DNA of 64,000 nt from Phoronis australis (taxonomy: Eukaryota; Animalia; Phoronida): NCBI GenBank assembly GCA_002633005.1, contig NMRA01000262.1, forward strand, positions 322,298 through 386,297, written 5' to 3'. The notes beneath the pieces are model-generated. The model saw only the letters and a list, made by a program, of their open reading frames with translations. It ran no database searches and was not told the origin of the DNA. Shown in pieces: positions 15,101-30,100 of the stretch. A program made the translations under genes and the position numbers. Numbering within the stretch: the first letter of the stretch is position 1; the number at the start of each line of letters is the position of its first letter.

Positions 15101-18100
15101 TGAAAGAGGCTCATCATATTGAAATTCACTAACTCACCAGATGGCAGTCAGGCCTTTGTTTGACAAGCGTTCACTGCCACAGCCAGATCCCATGTAATCC
15201 AGACAGGAAGTTTCAACCTAATGGTATATAAAAGTGCTTTAACACCTTTCTTTCCATTACAATGCTGACCAGTTTCCATTGCTGTGTGGTGGATGCATGT
15301 CTTATGAAAAATGCAAACCTTTTGAAATACCAATGGATGAATAAGGACATCAAGTGCCATACATTTCCCACTGCAAAGAAATGTCTGCAACAAAGCCAGT
15401 GGCTGTGGCTGCAGATAAATCGGGGAATTTCTATCCCGGACGTGCAGCTATGTAGCGAAAACACCGAGAGACATAAGAGACAAATTGAAACACTAACTAT
15501 GTTTTGAGACTGCAATTGTCTCATCATCGGGGAATGAGTGCATGAAATATGAACATATACGAAATGAAAGAAACACAGAAATACACGATGACAGCAGATC
15601 TTTAATGGACCCACCCTGCAGGCGCATAGACAACTGTCAGGGAACATACCGTGTGTCTAATGTTATGCTGTTCAGAGAATGAGGATGAAGAAATTCGTCC
15701 ATATGACATGTGAATTGTAAATTACATTAAATCTGGCCACTGATCGCAATCTTTCACGACTGACGTCGTTTTTCATGACAAGGTCACGTGACTTTGTATT
15801 CTGATAATAAATAATTACGTTCAGTCTATCACGTTAACCTTTTCCCTTGCAATCTTCTTTAGAACACGTATGTCACTCAGATATCTGATTACAACCAGTG
15901 GCCAGATGTAATGTTGTTTATTACAACCAGTGGCCAGATGTAAATGTTGTTTATGAAAGGGAAAGGGATTGTTGGTGATGCTTCGTTACTCGGTTAATTC
16001 CGACATTAACCACAGAGTCTTTGTGTTCAGTTTCTTTCACACACCCTGACTAATGGAAAAATTCATTTGTTGGGAAAAAGGAGATAATTAATCACCTTAC
16101 AAACACTGTGGGCAAATGTTTTTTTTTCATTCTTAGCTCTTCTTCAGCCTGACTGTGTTATGGCTGTTTGTTCAAGTTGAATAATGGAATTATAAAAAAG
16201 GAGTCTTATACCTTCCTGTAAGGTAATTTGCAACCATTTCATAATAAATTCTTTTGATCAATACTTGGTGTTGAAGACATACCCTTTATTGATTATTTCA
16301 TTAAACTAATCAAATTTTCTGTATTTCTAAATTTTCTGTACCACTTTGACTCTGATAGATAGTTCACTGCATTGCATTGAGCCAGAGACAAAATCAATAG
16401 TATTCATAATAGACTTCTCAACGTCATGTATCAGATGTAATTTATGACATTGATTTTAACTTGATAAATTGTGTGCAATTTTAACAAATCTCTGGGGCAT
16501 GCTCATCAAAAGCTAGTCACAATATGACTATTTTCCAATAATTTCACCCCCAAAAATTGAATTTATGGCTGAATAGTCAGCATATGCCAAATAAACTGAA
16601 TATAGACATCATAGTTGACAGGTGATACCATGTAAAATGTAACAATTTCATAAAATGTAACAGAGCTGATGTTACATTTTCCATCATTGTAAAACAGTTA
16701 CAGTTTATGTTGCTGGCCTCTCCTAAAATGTAACAAGTTGTTACATTTTATGTAATTGTTACAATTTACATCAAGTGCACATGCCAGAAATGTACCATTG
16801 TTACATTTTACAAAACCATGTCATATTTTATGAGATTGCATGGTATTTGTCACAGGATGAAAACGGTTCACACACTTAATGGCTTTCTCGGATTGTTTGA
16901 ATGAAATTCTGTCAAATGGTGAATTTATAGACATGTCCCTATGTCTTTTCCATTGGTTTTTAACATGAACAATTTCTTGGTATTGTAAAAAGTGTACCCA
17001 GTTTAAACTCCAGACCAAAGGAGTTTCCAGGATCATATAACAAGTTTGTTATTGTCAAGAGCATTCTGACTTGTAATATTTTTTTTGCGCTCACAGGCCA
17101 TTAACCAGTGTCTGGCACACTTCCCTTGGTAAGCACAGCACAATGGCATGGTATTTTGACTGATATTTATTGTATAAAATTTTTCACAGAGAATTCAATT
17201 TTAGAAGCCAATTTGACAGAAAAATCACCCGTTTTAGTATTATTAGTTATATCACAAACAATACCCTAACTGCTGATAGTTCAGAAATAATCAAGTTTTG
17301 AAGTTAGTGCACGTCTAAACAAGATTTTAAATCTCGACCTCTTTGTTTCCAAAATGTAGGCCTACTCTGCATCTACAGCTGTCAAGATGTTTCTCACAAT
17401 GTGGTTAAGGTTGAACCTAGGAACCCATTTAAAATCATTTGAAACATCACTCTCTGCCATTATGGGAAGCCCCCTATGCAGTGAAAACATTGAACCATAA
17501 ATAAGATGATTCAAAAAATCTTTGAGGACCATGATGTATTAACACTTTGCTAAGCAGGTATTGTGTATAGTATATTGCACTGTGTCCTTGTTAAATACAT
17601 TCAATAACAAATCAGTAGCAGTAGCAGTATCAGTAGCAATAGCAGAAAAAATCAATATAAAATAGTAAAATTAGTAAAAATGAAACAACGAGCGTCGGTA
17701 CTAAAATATATTAGAATATTCCCCACCTTTTGAGCAATGCGCTCTTTGTCAAAGGTATGATACAGATTTTCGAATTGACGGATACAAATAAAATCGCACA
17801 GGTGAGCGCATGGTGATGTACTCGTCATGCGTACCCCTCAGTTTGTTGTAATGACCAATATTGTTGATGCTGCCTGTTGTATGCCACCATGCGGTCACCT
17901 GTGCAATTTTACCGTGTTTATATCCATGTATTGGGCAGTATGTATCATAACAGTGACAAAGAGTGCATTGCTCGAATATTTTGATATATTTTAGTACTGA
18001 TGCTCCTCGTTTTATTTTTGCTAGTTTTACTTTTTTATATTCTTATTTGTTGCTGACTGCACGGCATTCCAGCATCTATTTGATTTATTTAATATACTGA

Positions 18101-21100
18101 TAATGGTTAGCCAAATTCATGCCATGCAACTTAGCCCAGAGGGTGTTCCTATAGAAGAGGTATATGAAAAGTGCTGCCCAAAAGGGTATTTTTTCACAGC
18201 AAAAAATACTCTTTTGATTTTCTAGAACAGAATCGTGCGAAAATGTGATTTATTACTCAAAATTACTCTCTAAGTGGGTAACTTTTTTGTCTGAGTTCAC
18301 TCTCTATCTAAATGGTAGGTATCCAAATTTTCGGGTGGCATCCCTCGTCCAAAAATATCCCTGGCCGGCCATGTCAGATACCACTTGTTTGTGATTTTGG
18401 AATTTATTTTGCGCTGTGATGTTGGTTTCATAAAATGTAAAAATGGGGCATTTCTCTCATATGCGGATTCAAAGTAAAATGCAATGATTTGGTAATATGT
18501 AACAGCTTGTTGCATTTTAGGAGGGGCTTAGCAAGGTAAAATGTAATAATGATTTAAAATGTAACAGTTGTTACATTTTACAAAATTGTTACATTTGACA
18601 GTGTATCACCGAGACAGGGGTGCGGTATTAACTGAGTAAACAAGTATTGACAACTGCCCGTGAGTAAAGTTAATAAAATGCAGCCTATGGAGGAATGACC
18701 AATCTGATCATTACTTTACCCCATGATTGGTGAAACACTTTTTGAAGCATATGACTGTAGCTGCTTTTGCATTACAGTAAGTGTGGACTTAAAGAAAACA
18801 ACAACGGTTTTAAGACTTGACATGTTTCGGTGTCATTTATTCAACATCATCTTCAGAAGTGAGAATACAGCGTGCACCTAGCTAGGCCCAGCAACAAGTA
18901 ATGAAGCACAGATACAGTCAGTTACAGAGAGTGACAATGAACTAGACCAACAATGACAACCTGTGGTGTGTCAGTTACCTATTGAGATTGGGCTTGCTCC
19001 AACTGATGTGTCACTTGTTTGCTTGGACCAGTTCACTTGGACTAGTGGACTTGGAATGCATTTGGAACTCAGTGTGATAGCCTATGGTCACAAAATGCCA
19101 CCTTTCTCACTTGACCAAACTAACATTCCGCTGTCTTAACTATAACGCTTCTTCGTACAAGAGATTGCTTCGCTATTGCAATCCTTTCCATCCAATACCA
19201 TGAACCACTGACTCACTCCAAAGGCTGATATGAGAACCTCAATTTCTGGTAACCAGCTAACGACACAGTGTGCACAAACTGGCAGGAAGAACTGAAGTTA
19301 ATTTGAGATAGTCGAGAAAAAGAATCTAAACTAAACCTTTCACTTAAATAATCTGAATAAATTTGGTCCTCTCACTTAGTCGGTCTTTTCGAGCGTACTA
19401 ACTTCAGTACCACCCTCAATTTAGACCGATCTAAATCACCTTTCACGTTGAGTCTAAAAGTTTTGTGGTTGAGAAAGAATGCTAGTCCACCATTCTAAAT
19501 TTGTAGAGCAAATGGCCCTTGAGTGATGGGATGTGTCTTCCAGGTGACTAACTTTCACTACATGTATTTATAACAGCATGAGATAATCGAATACTCAAAT
19601 GGCCCTTGAGTGATGGGATGTGTCTTCCAGGTGACTAACTTTCACTACATGTATTTATAACAGCATGAGATAATCGAATACTCAAATGCATGAATTAAAT
19701 GGTGAATATACACTGCTTAGCTTTCGATTAACATAGCTTAACAGCTGTGTATTACTAGAAAATAATTAAGTCCTTGAATTTTTCTTTTAGCTGTAAATGC
19801 AGATGGGTTTAACCTGTACCTCCTTGATGAGAAAAAAGAGGTAAGCTGAATTTTGAGTATGCCTACTTTCGTATATATAGCTGCTGCATGGCATCACTTG
19901 CATTTCATATAGAAAATTTATCTGTTACACATTCTTGGCAATTATTTAAGACTGAGCTAAGTTGTAGTGAGTATTTCACTGTACAAGTACAATTTTATTT
20001 CTATGTGCATGCTGGAAATTTAAAATCAAGAAAGCATTTGCAGCACCACATTTTATCCAAATGGTAGTGCCAGACTAATCATTCAGCAACCAAACAAACT
20101 ACATCATAGAGACCAGTAGAAATAAAGACTTCATTTCACCAAAGGTTGAAAGTTCAGTCTTGCGTGTCAGAGGGTCATAACTGATTGATGCAAACACAGT
20201 TCATTAACTTGGCTCATGAAAGTGGTTGTTAAGTCTGAATAGGAAAACTAATTAGCTGTAAGTCATCTGCAATGTTTTCACTCTATAAAACAATGCATAA
20301 AATAGGCATACAACCCATCTTAGGTGTGGCCAGACAAGAGTCATGCCTCATTGACATAACACTTGGGTGAATAATTGTGGAAATGGGCTTTTGGCTTGAA
20401 CGACTTTTTGCAACTGGAGCAAGTCAATATTCATGGATTGTTCTAGAACCCTCTCGACCCCCAAAACCTGTCGACCCCCTCGACCCATGACCTGTGGCAG
20501 TAGAGGTATTTTTTATGCTTTTACATATTTCATCTTGTTACGCGGTTGAGTAACTTTCCTTTAATTCTTACTGCCGTCACATGGTTGAACATGTACGTGC
20601 AGAGAGGTCGACGATCAGATTTTTGCAAAAATTAAAGCAGGTTGGGTATTTCATCATGATTCATGCTTCATTGTCGCCGATTTTGTCTCTTTATTGTAAT
20701 TATTCAGCGTCAGGTTATGGGATAGTCGTTAAAGTCGTAATGTATTTTACCCTTTTTAAAAATAATCTTGCGTCGGCCGCGCACCATACTAGGGCCTTGG
20801 GGGCCAAAGTCCCCGCTTATTTCACTGCTGCACAGCCCATGTCTTGATGTAATAAATTCGAATTTTGAGTTTTATGTTGCATGAGACATTGTAATAGTGG
20901 ATGAAACACATTAGTGTACTCTCTGGCTCAGCACAGCAGGTCTCATGCAGACACAGTAGGTCTCAGTCATGCAGACAGAGCGCATGGCAGCTCACATTCC
21001 AACTTTCCTGGCCAGTTGTAGTTGTGCTCTGATTCGTCAAACTGAAAAATATAGTTTGTGATTCCTGTCTATCATCAACATTCCGGGCCTGCTATGGGAG

Positions 21101-24100
21101 GAAATAAGCATCGGCTTGTTTTTGCCGCTTCGGAGATCCGTCTGCCGTTTCTCTCAGAAAAGGTGCGTTTTTCCTGGTTCGATTATATATGCCTTGTTTA
21201 TGGTACATTTGAAGCATGTGGCTGTCTGCTGCTAGTTTTGCTGTTTTGTTAGCTGTAGAGACCCAGCGGCCCCGAAAGTGAGTCCGGCGATAACCTGACG
21301 CAGCTGAACCTAGCTGTGATTATGTAAGTGGTGGGTCGAGGGGGTTGTGGATTGAGGGGTGTGGGGGTCGAGGGGGTTTTAGAACAACCAATATTCATGG
21401 CAAATTTCAAAAAATAAATAAGCCCTTTGTTCCGTTAATCATGCTAAAAGTTCGACTTACAGTCCATCTTCCTTAGCCACCACCAACCATTAACAACAAC
21501 TATGTGAGTGAAACAACTTATAAAGCCCTTTCATATTACCGTTGACGTGTCAATGTTTTGGAGAGCTGCAGTCAGTATGAATGGTTAACTTTAGTCCTGG
21601 ATTGAAGTGAACAGCGCCAGTTAACATTGCAGTAAACAAGTGGATTAGTGGAGCATGATCAGCTGATGCAGATTAAATGGTCAACTTTAGTTCCATTGAA
21701 GTCATCACGGGATGCCACTGTTATCCTCAACAATTAAAGGGCAGTGTCGTTGCTAAAAGTTGCTTATATTTTGCTTGAATAATCATCAATCGAATTGAAA
21801 ATATTAGTCTTATGCCAATTAGCACATGTAAATGTTCCCAAATTGTCACATAAAATATCTTAACGTGCAGCACTACCTCGCTATTACTTCGATGATAACA
21901 GCGTCACCTACCGTTTACTTTGGTGTTCGTTAACTACCACAGCCGGTGTGAACGGTTTAGTTAACTTTGCAGTTTTGTCGACGCTCTGCTCAGATAGGAG
22001 TTAAGTTAGTATGAAAGGACCTATTAATAGAAAAGGATATTTAGGTCCTGAAAATTCATGGAAAGTGTAAACACAATGTGAGTGAACCACTTGTTGTTAA
22101 GCTAAAGCAGCTATGAATAAATCTTCTTAAATTGTTTCAAACTCAGATTAACGCCTTTTCATACTGACTTAACTCCGGTCTGAGTGGAACGCCGATGTAA
22201 ACTGCGAAGTTAACTAAACTGTTCACCACGGTTTTGGATGTCGCAGTAAACGGTAGGTAACACTGTTATCAGAATAATCGCAAGGTAGCGCTGCATGCTA
22301 AGATTTTTTTTACGTGACAATTTGGGAACATTTACGTATGCTAATTGACGTAAATCTTATTTTTGGTTCGATTGATGATTATTTGAGCAAAATATAAGCA
22401 ATTAGTAGCAACTACACTACTCTGTAATTGTTGACGATAAAAGTGCGGGCATCTGGTGATAACTTCGATGGAATTCAAGTTGACTGTTCATTCTGCACCA
22501 CAGCTTCATGCTCCACTATTAAATCCACCTGTTTATTGTGACGACCAAAGTACCTGTTCATACTAACCACAACTCCCCAAAACATCAATGCGTGGACGGT
22601 AATATGAAAGGCCCTTAGTGATTGTTGGACAAAGGAAAGAACTGACAATTGCTTATTGCTTGAGATCAGGATGGTTAAGGTGGCTTGTCACCGCTGGTAA
22701 TGTACGCGCAAAGCATGGTCACAAGTAATAATGAAATGTCACTGCTTCCCACAAGTTGTTCCTCTTCTGAGTAAAGTGCAAGTTGAAATTAGATTTATAA
22801 CCACGAGTGGTTTCACTCAAAACGTTGGCTAACTGCAGCTTAAAGTTTTATTTCCCTTTCTTTTCCAGAATATCTACTATTTAAAACAAAATTCCAACAA
22901 GTGAGTATCACCTGAAACAGCTAACTTAGTCATAACCTGTGAAGCACCCATTTGTTTATACCTGTTGTTTCCACCCCTTTAGCAGGTACACAATACACAA
23001 AACTCTAGTAAGTAATAAAACAAATTGTGAATTTTGCATGCTCTTCAATCTTAAAAGTGTTTGCACAAACCACTAATGCTGTTTACAATGTGAACATTGG
23101 TGGAAATAATCCTGTGTGTTTTTCAAGAAAATTTTTACTATGAAAACTGTTTGCATTAGGACATGGATTTTCCGGAGTCTGAGATTCACCAAATTTGCCT
23201 GGATTGTGAGATTCACCAAATTTCACTGGATTATTACCAGGAAAATTATTCATGATCTCCATGGTTTGTTGATTCAAATAAAATTCTGGTCTTTATTTCC
23301 CCCATCTTACTGACTTGAATATTTCTGGTGCTGGCATATGCGTCATACTGCACTGACTGCCAATAGGCACGACATAACCACCCGGTATTCATATATTAAT
23401 ACCTTTGAGAACACGACTATTTGTGGAATTAATTTTGTGTATTTTTTCTGAAACATTTCTGGGATTTCAAAATATATGGGGTTGGCACTAATGTCACTGT
23501 AATGCTGTCCACATTGTGGACAGCATTACAGTTACCATAGTAGAAGTTATTCCAGGAAGTCAGTTGTCTCTAGGTTTTGTGGTAGTGTGAACGCTGGGGG
23601 CAACTTGGCACATATGTGGCAACCCCTCATTGAGGTAGGCTATCTTGTTCCATAATAAATAATCGCGGAGCAAGTTGCAGTGTGGACGCAAAACTTCAGG
23701 CAAGGTGGAAGTAAAGACCGTTTCCTCACATAAGGGTGTATAATTGTTTGCGAGCCATATTTGTTGCTTGGTGTGTGGTGTGTAGTGTAAGCGCTCTGCT
23801 GAATGAAGGGAGGTTGCTCTAGTACAAGTTGTTCTGGGGTAACTTGTAGTGTGTTTATTCTTTCAGTAACAGCAAGACAATAACTTGCCCCATTGGTCCA
23901 GGCACAACCGTGGGTGCTTACGTGGCACATACCAATGAAACACTGCGAGTGAATGACGTACTAGGGGTGAGTGTATATTTACTTCCCATTTGTCAAGACT
24001 TGTCACTGTAATTTGAAATTCTGATTTAGCTGATATGAAGCAAATTTCAATTTTTCAGTCACAAAGAATTAATTTGTGCTTTACATATTTCTTGTTTAAA

Positions 24101-27100
24101 GATTTTCAGATCTCTATGTAACATAGTTCACAATGTAAATTTGTCATTCAAATGTTCCGGACGAGCATTTTCCAGTAACCATCTTTGCAGAAATTTCGTC
24201 TGCACATGCATTTCCACCATTTTGACAGCTCATGCTGCCCATCGCTTGTATACTAGAGCTGTGAATGCTTCTTGCACTTGTGGGACCAACTTTTCAGTTC
24301 TCAGTCAACGAAAAGCCACATTTTAAATATGCTGTTCCAATTTTCAGGATGACCGTTTCCCAGAAGGCATCATTGTAGATGGCTCATCTGCACAGTCTGT
24401 TCTGGCACAGCCTATAATGAACTCCAGTGATGACTGTGTTGGTAAGTTACTAGGACAATTTCGTTGTTAGACTGTTCTTGACCCTGACCCAGTATAGTAG
24501 TCTCTAGTGCAAAATGAGAATCTGAGACATCTACACTAATTATTGCACAATTTTCTCTTACCTTACACAGGTAGATTTTGCACCAAAGCAATTGACAGAA
24601 TCATCCTATTCTCAGTTTTTGCAAATGCTTATTTCATGGTTACAGATGCTGAACATGTTACCATGTAAACTATGGTAGTTGCTAACACATTCTTAAATAT
24701 GTCAGTCTATTAATTTGTGTTGACCAGGGTCTAGTCATCGTTAAGAAATAATTCTGTAGATGTAAGAATCTTATAACGGAAGTTCCTGTGACCATGTGCT
24801 TGGTATAATAGCAACATATCTCGCAAACTCTTATGTAATCATGCATTTCTTCAAAGTTCTTACATCTACGTAATGCACTTTTTGATGTCAGGTGCAACGG
24901 TGCTCTCAAGTCACTGAATCATCCTATTCTACTAGAGTGTAAACAGACTAGGCATTATAATAAGAATAACTGAAATAAAAATGAAAGTTATTGACAATAA
25001 TAGACTTTAGTTATAGAGGATATATTATATCACATGTGTAGGCCAAGGGCCAAGTTAAACTTACATATATCGTCTATTACTGCAGGTAAGTTGAACTCCA
25101 CATTACAGAACAGTACATTTTACTTATCACCATCATGACCAGTGGGCCGGAGACCTTACTCAAAGGTCTGGGTCGGAGACCTTACTCAATGGTCTGGGCC
25201 GGAGACCTTACTCAAGGGTCTGGGTCGGAGACCTTACTCAAGAGTCTGGGTTGGAGACCTTACTCAAGAGTCTGGGCCGGAGACCTATTAATTACTCAAG
25301 GGTCTGGGTCGGAGACCTTACTCAAGGGTCTAGTAGTGTCGTCTAGTGTGTTTTGAACCCAGCATTTTTAAAGCTGGAAGGCAGTAATTCATCTGCTAAG
25401 CCACAATGGCTCCACCGCTTGGTGAAAATAGCACAGATTTAGACAGATCATGTTCCCACATCATCGTCTCAACACTGAGAAGTTACAATGGCAGTTGTTG
25501 TAGAAACCTCGATATCAATGAAAATTCAGCGCCATTGCATTGTTATTCGTACGACTGTGTTTGGTTAGAGCCCTTCCGGTTCCGCCTCCTTGTGTTGTCG
25601 GCTGCGAATTAAACTCGTTAAACGTCACTCTTTGTCTAGTTTATCTGGCTCAGTCAGTTTGCAGAAAAATTTAAGGAAACATAATTCCCGTTATCTTCTG
25701 TATTGTTTTTAATTAACAATCATTGGGTTTTTAACTGTTGTATCTTTTCCTTGTGCAACCCTTATCAATCGTTGAAGTGCACCTAGGGCTAGGTTTTGGT
25801 GCATGTTTTAAGTATCCCTAATCTCTTGCAATAATATAAAATATGTACTAGTACTAAGGTTTGTCCAAATGGCTTACTCAGATAACATGAAACTTCAATT
25901 GCCTTACAGGAGTGATAGAACTGTTCAGAAAGGTTGGCCGGCCACCATTCGGTACAGAAGATGAGGAGGTATTTAATGTTAAATGTTTCATTATGTCAAC
26001 AAATAACTGTAATGCGTGAAAGTCATATTAATTAAACAGTGATTTAAAACATGCACAATAACATTGTTATAGTGACTGTTGTCTCTGTTGTTAGAGTTTA
26101 CACACTGTAACCATATTAAGAGACAAAATTCACGGAATTTTGACAATGTCTGCATAACAGATTGTTTTGATGTTTCACCTTGAATTTAATTTGTAGCTAA
26201 GAATATTGTTTTGATTCTCTGCAGCCACAAGACTTTGCATTGGTAGCATATTACCACATTTTGTAAAAGAACCATATTAATCCAATAAAGCTCACATAAA
26301 ACTCACTATTTTGTAGACAAAATGATTCAATCTTTACACAGAGACCACTTTGCAAAAATTACGTGTGTGGCTATTTTGTGCAAAGCATTTTATCAAATGT
26401 TAACTTATAGATCAATATATGGAATGATCACATCTTAAAACAGAGGCCATTTTGCAAAAAATAACCTCAGGGATGCATCAGTCTGTATCTCAGTGTTACG
26501 TTTTTGTGTCTTGGAAATTGACCTCACTTACTTGCTATTGACCAGGTTGCCTCGTCATTGATATTGTGGAATTTGTTAGCCGAAAAGTATTATGAGGTAA
26601 CACCGACTGGGTTGGAAATTGGGCTTCTTTGTTGTACCATGGTTTACTTAAATTCAACTGAATTCATGATATGAAAGTGTGCACACAGTCATGGTTACAT
26701 AGTAATGGTTTGAAACACTTTAAGGTTAATATACTGGACCACATTGCCATGTCTGCGGACTTAGCCAAATATATACAAAACTATAGTTTTTAACTAAAAT
26801 ACATACTTACTAGTGAAAATACAAAGCCTTTTTAATTTGATTTTTGACATTTTCACCAATCCATATCATGTGACAATGTCTTTATAGTAAAATTTAGCAA
26901 ACAATGAAGTCAATTATACGATTAAATTTTATTTGATGTAAATGCTCTATATGAGATCTTCATATTTTGCTAGTTTTTTAAAATATCATTTTGTTGATGT
27001 TTTCATGGAAATCCTATATTATGATTGTCCTCATGCACAAGAGAAACATTTCAAAAACAATTCCTAACAAGACATAAACCAATCAGAAAGTTTCATATGT

Positions 27101-30100
27101 CTCCAAGCTGCCATTTCTGAGATGTAGCTGTTCCTAGGTTAGCCAAACTTGGACATTTCTGAGATGTACTGTTCCTAGGTTAGCCAAACTTGGACATTTC
27201 TGAGATGTACTGTTCCTAGGTTAGCCAAACTTGGACATTTCTGAGATGTACTGTTCCTAGGTTAGCCAAACTTGGACATTTCTGAGTTGTACACAACCTC
27301 AAGGTGCTATATTGTCACATTGCCTTAGCAATCAATTCAAAAAAGAGGACTGGTATGGTTCAGTTTGGGTGAACATGACAACAAATTAACAGAAATGAGA
27401 GATTAAAGGCTTTCTGTAAGTTGTGTAATCAGTAATGACTGAAAGATGTATGAGGCACACGTTTTGTTGACAGATTATATGCATTTTGAATCAAAAGTAG
27501 ATACATTATCGTATTTATTCTGTGGTATAACCGAGAAGTCCTTCTTCCTCGTATGTAGATAGCGACTTCCACCCGCTTTGGTAGAATCTTGCCATTGGCC
27601 TATTAACCATTTGATGTCTAAATCAACACAGGAACATCAGATCAGCGGTAAAGCACGAAATCCAAGTCTTGATAAACGATAAAATCTGACCAACTGCATA
27701 GTATTGCATATAAGTATACCTTGGCCCACCTAATATCACTTACCAGTTGGTGAAGCAAAATAAATTAAAACTAATACTGGATTTATATTTCAATTCAGCG
27801 ACGTTGCATCCTCATTGCGAGGATTTTCACTAACAACTGCTGGGGTTATGAGCTGAGCACCACCACGGCAGTTGCTGGTGAAAGGTGATCACAATGAGGA
27901 CGCAGTGTCACTCAGTTGAAGTGTAAGACCAGCATTAATTTTAATTTATTTTGCTGTAGTTCTAAGAATTTGTTTTGCTGATAATATCACTTACCCTTGA
28001 AACCATTTGTGAGGAGAAATTTTTTAAATCTTAATGTTGATCATATCAATATATTTCAATTCGCCTTTTGACAAATGACAACTAACTTGTGAATTACAAC
28101 TTACTGAGAAATCACATCTAATAATGAGTAAAATTCCTAGTAGATGAGATCAATTATCGTTACTTTAAGTAATGAAAGCAGTGACGTTTTACTGAAAGCT
28201 CCAAAGTGACAAAAATGTAAATAGAAGTTGGTTAAAAGAATGTTATTCCAGAGTGCTTGTCACTGCTGGTTTGCTCGCTTGCTCACAGTTTTGGACAGTT
28301 TATGGAAAAATAATGTTGGAACGTCTACTATATATCGCCTTGTTTAGAGTTAAAGTTTTCACAAAGTCTCTGGGAGTGGTATTAAGGACACATTTTTGAA
28401 GTCAAAATTGTAGACTAAGACAAACTGATTATTGCTACAATAAGCTGTTTTTAGAGTTTGATTTGCACCAGTATCAATAATTTTCTATGCACTTTTACAA
28501 AATTGTTAGCTGAGTAGTTTCTAGAAGAAATTATAATGTACTTGTTATTGTCTAAAAATAGCTTTTATCACTTTTTGCTTTAAATTGGTAACTTAAAAAA
28601 ACTCTTTGCACAATTTTGTGTTCTGCGGTTCATCCAAAAAATAAAAATTTACGCTGATCTGAATGTTCATTTGGTTTCAGTTGTCAAAATTAATTGTGGC
28701 TTTCAGAATTAACCTGTCTGTTAATTCATCTTTACTTAAGGATGAATTACTAAAATTTGACCCAAACTTGATGGAAGTGATGTCTACTGACCTTCTACTC
28801 CCACCCCCCACTTAGCCAACTTGTCCCTCTCCCCTGGGGTTACTCGTATTCATTGTTGTATGGGGATGGGAGAACTAGCAATGTAATACTATGGACAAAA
28901 ATAAGGCTATAATCCAATTTGTGCCAAATTTACTTTACTTGTCTGGCTAAAGGCCAGGGACATTTAAACCCTCCTTTCATCATAATAAACAACTCTCCGT
29001 TTTGTAGTCAAGTTGGAGATGACTGCAGGGCTTTAAAAGAACTTACAGTATGTTATGGCTCTACCATGTGTCATTTCATGCACCAAGCAATCTCTACCAT
29101 GTATCATTTCATGCACCAAGCAAGCCCTACCAAGTGTCATTTCATGCATCAAGCAAGCCCTACCAAGTGTCATTTCATGCACCAAGCAAGTCCTACCAAG
29201 TGTCATTTCATGCACTAAGCAAGCCCTACCAAGTGTCATTTCATGCACCAAGCAAGCCCTACCAAGTGTCATTTCATGAACTAAGCAAGCCCTACCATGT
29301 GTCATTTCATGCACTAAGCAAGCCCTACCACGTGTCATTTCATGCACCAAGCAAGCTCTACCATTTGTCATTTCATGCACCAGGCAAGCTCTCAAGAAAT
29401 AATGAAATGTCAGTTCAATGCCCACTCTGAATCACTTCTGGTATAAGTATGGAACAAGTTGAGACCAATTGGATTGGTACTGGTATAAATAAAAAATATG
29501 CATTAGCTTTGATTGCAATTTGAAGGTGGCCAAATACAACAGTGAATGAAACTGTTGAGTTTCTTAATGTACAATAATGTGAGTGTCAAAAAGTTAATAT
29601 CCTGAAAATTCTAAGATACATTAGCATTATTTAGCGGAATTTGGGGTTTAACCTAGACAAGAGCGATCTCCTGAAAATAACTCGATAAGAGTCATAGCTT
29701 TTGGAAGAATCTATGGTAGGTTCATATATAAACAATGATAGTGGAAGGAGGGTAACTTTGTTGACAAAAAGCCTTCAATTTGGTAGGCCTATATAGTTCA
29801 AATCCCCAGTACCACACCCTCATACAAATTGGGGCGAGTACCCTGGGGGCTTGTCTCCCATCTGGTTGTATTCTTGTCTGACTCCTATGTTCACATATAC
29901 ACGCAGACTAACTTTCACCGTTTTGTCTAACTTTTACCTCGACAGATTTCTGGAAATTACCTGGTTTGGGGCGGCATTGCTGTGTACTATGCTGAGGTAC
30001 AGACTCTGTTCTTGAATCACAACACTTGTTGTAGAGTTCTCAAAGTTGCTGAATCCTTGTTTTTTACCAGTGTTCATTGGTTTTGAATTGTTTGTGGCAA

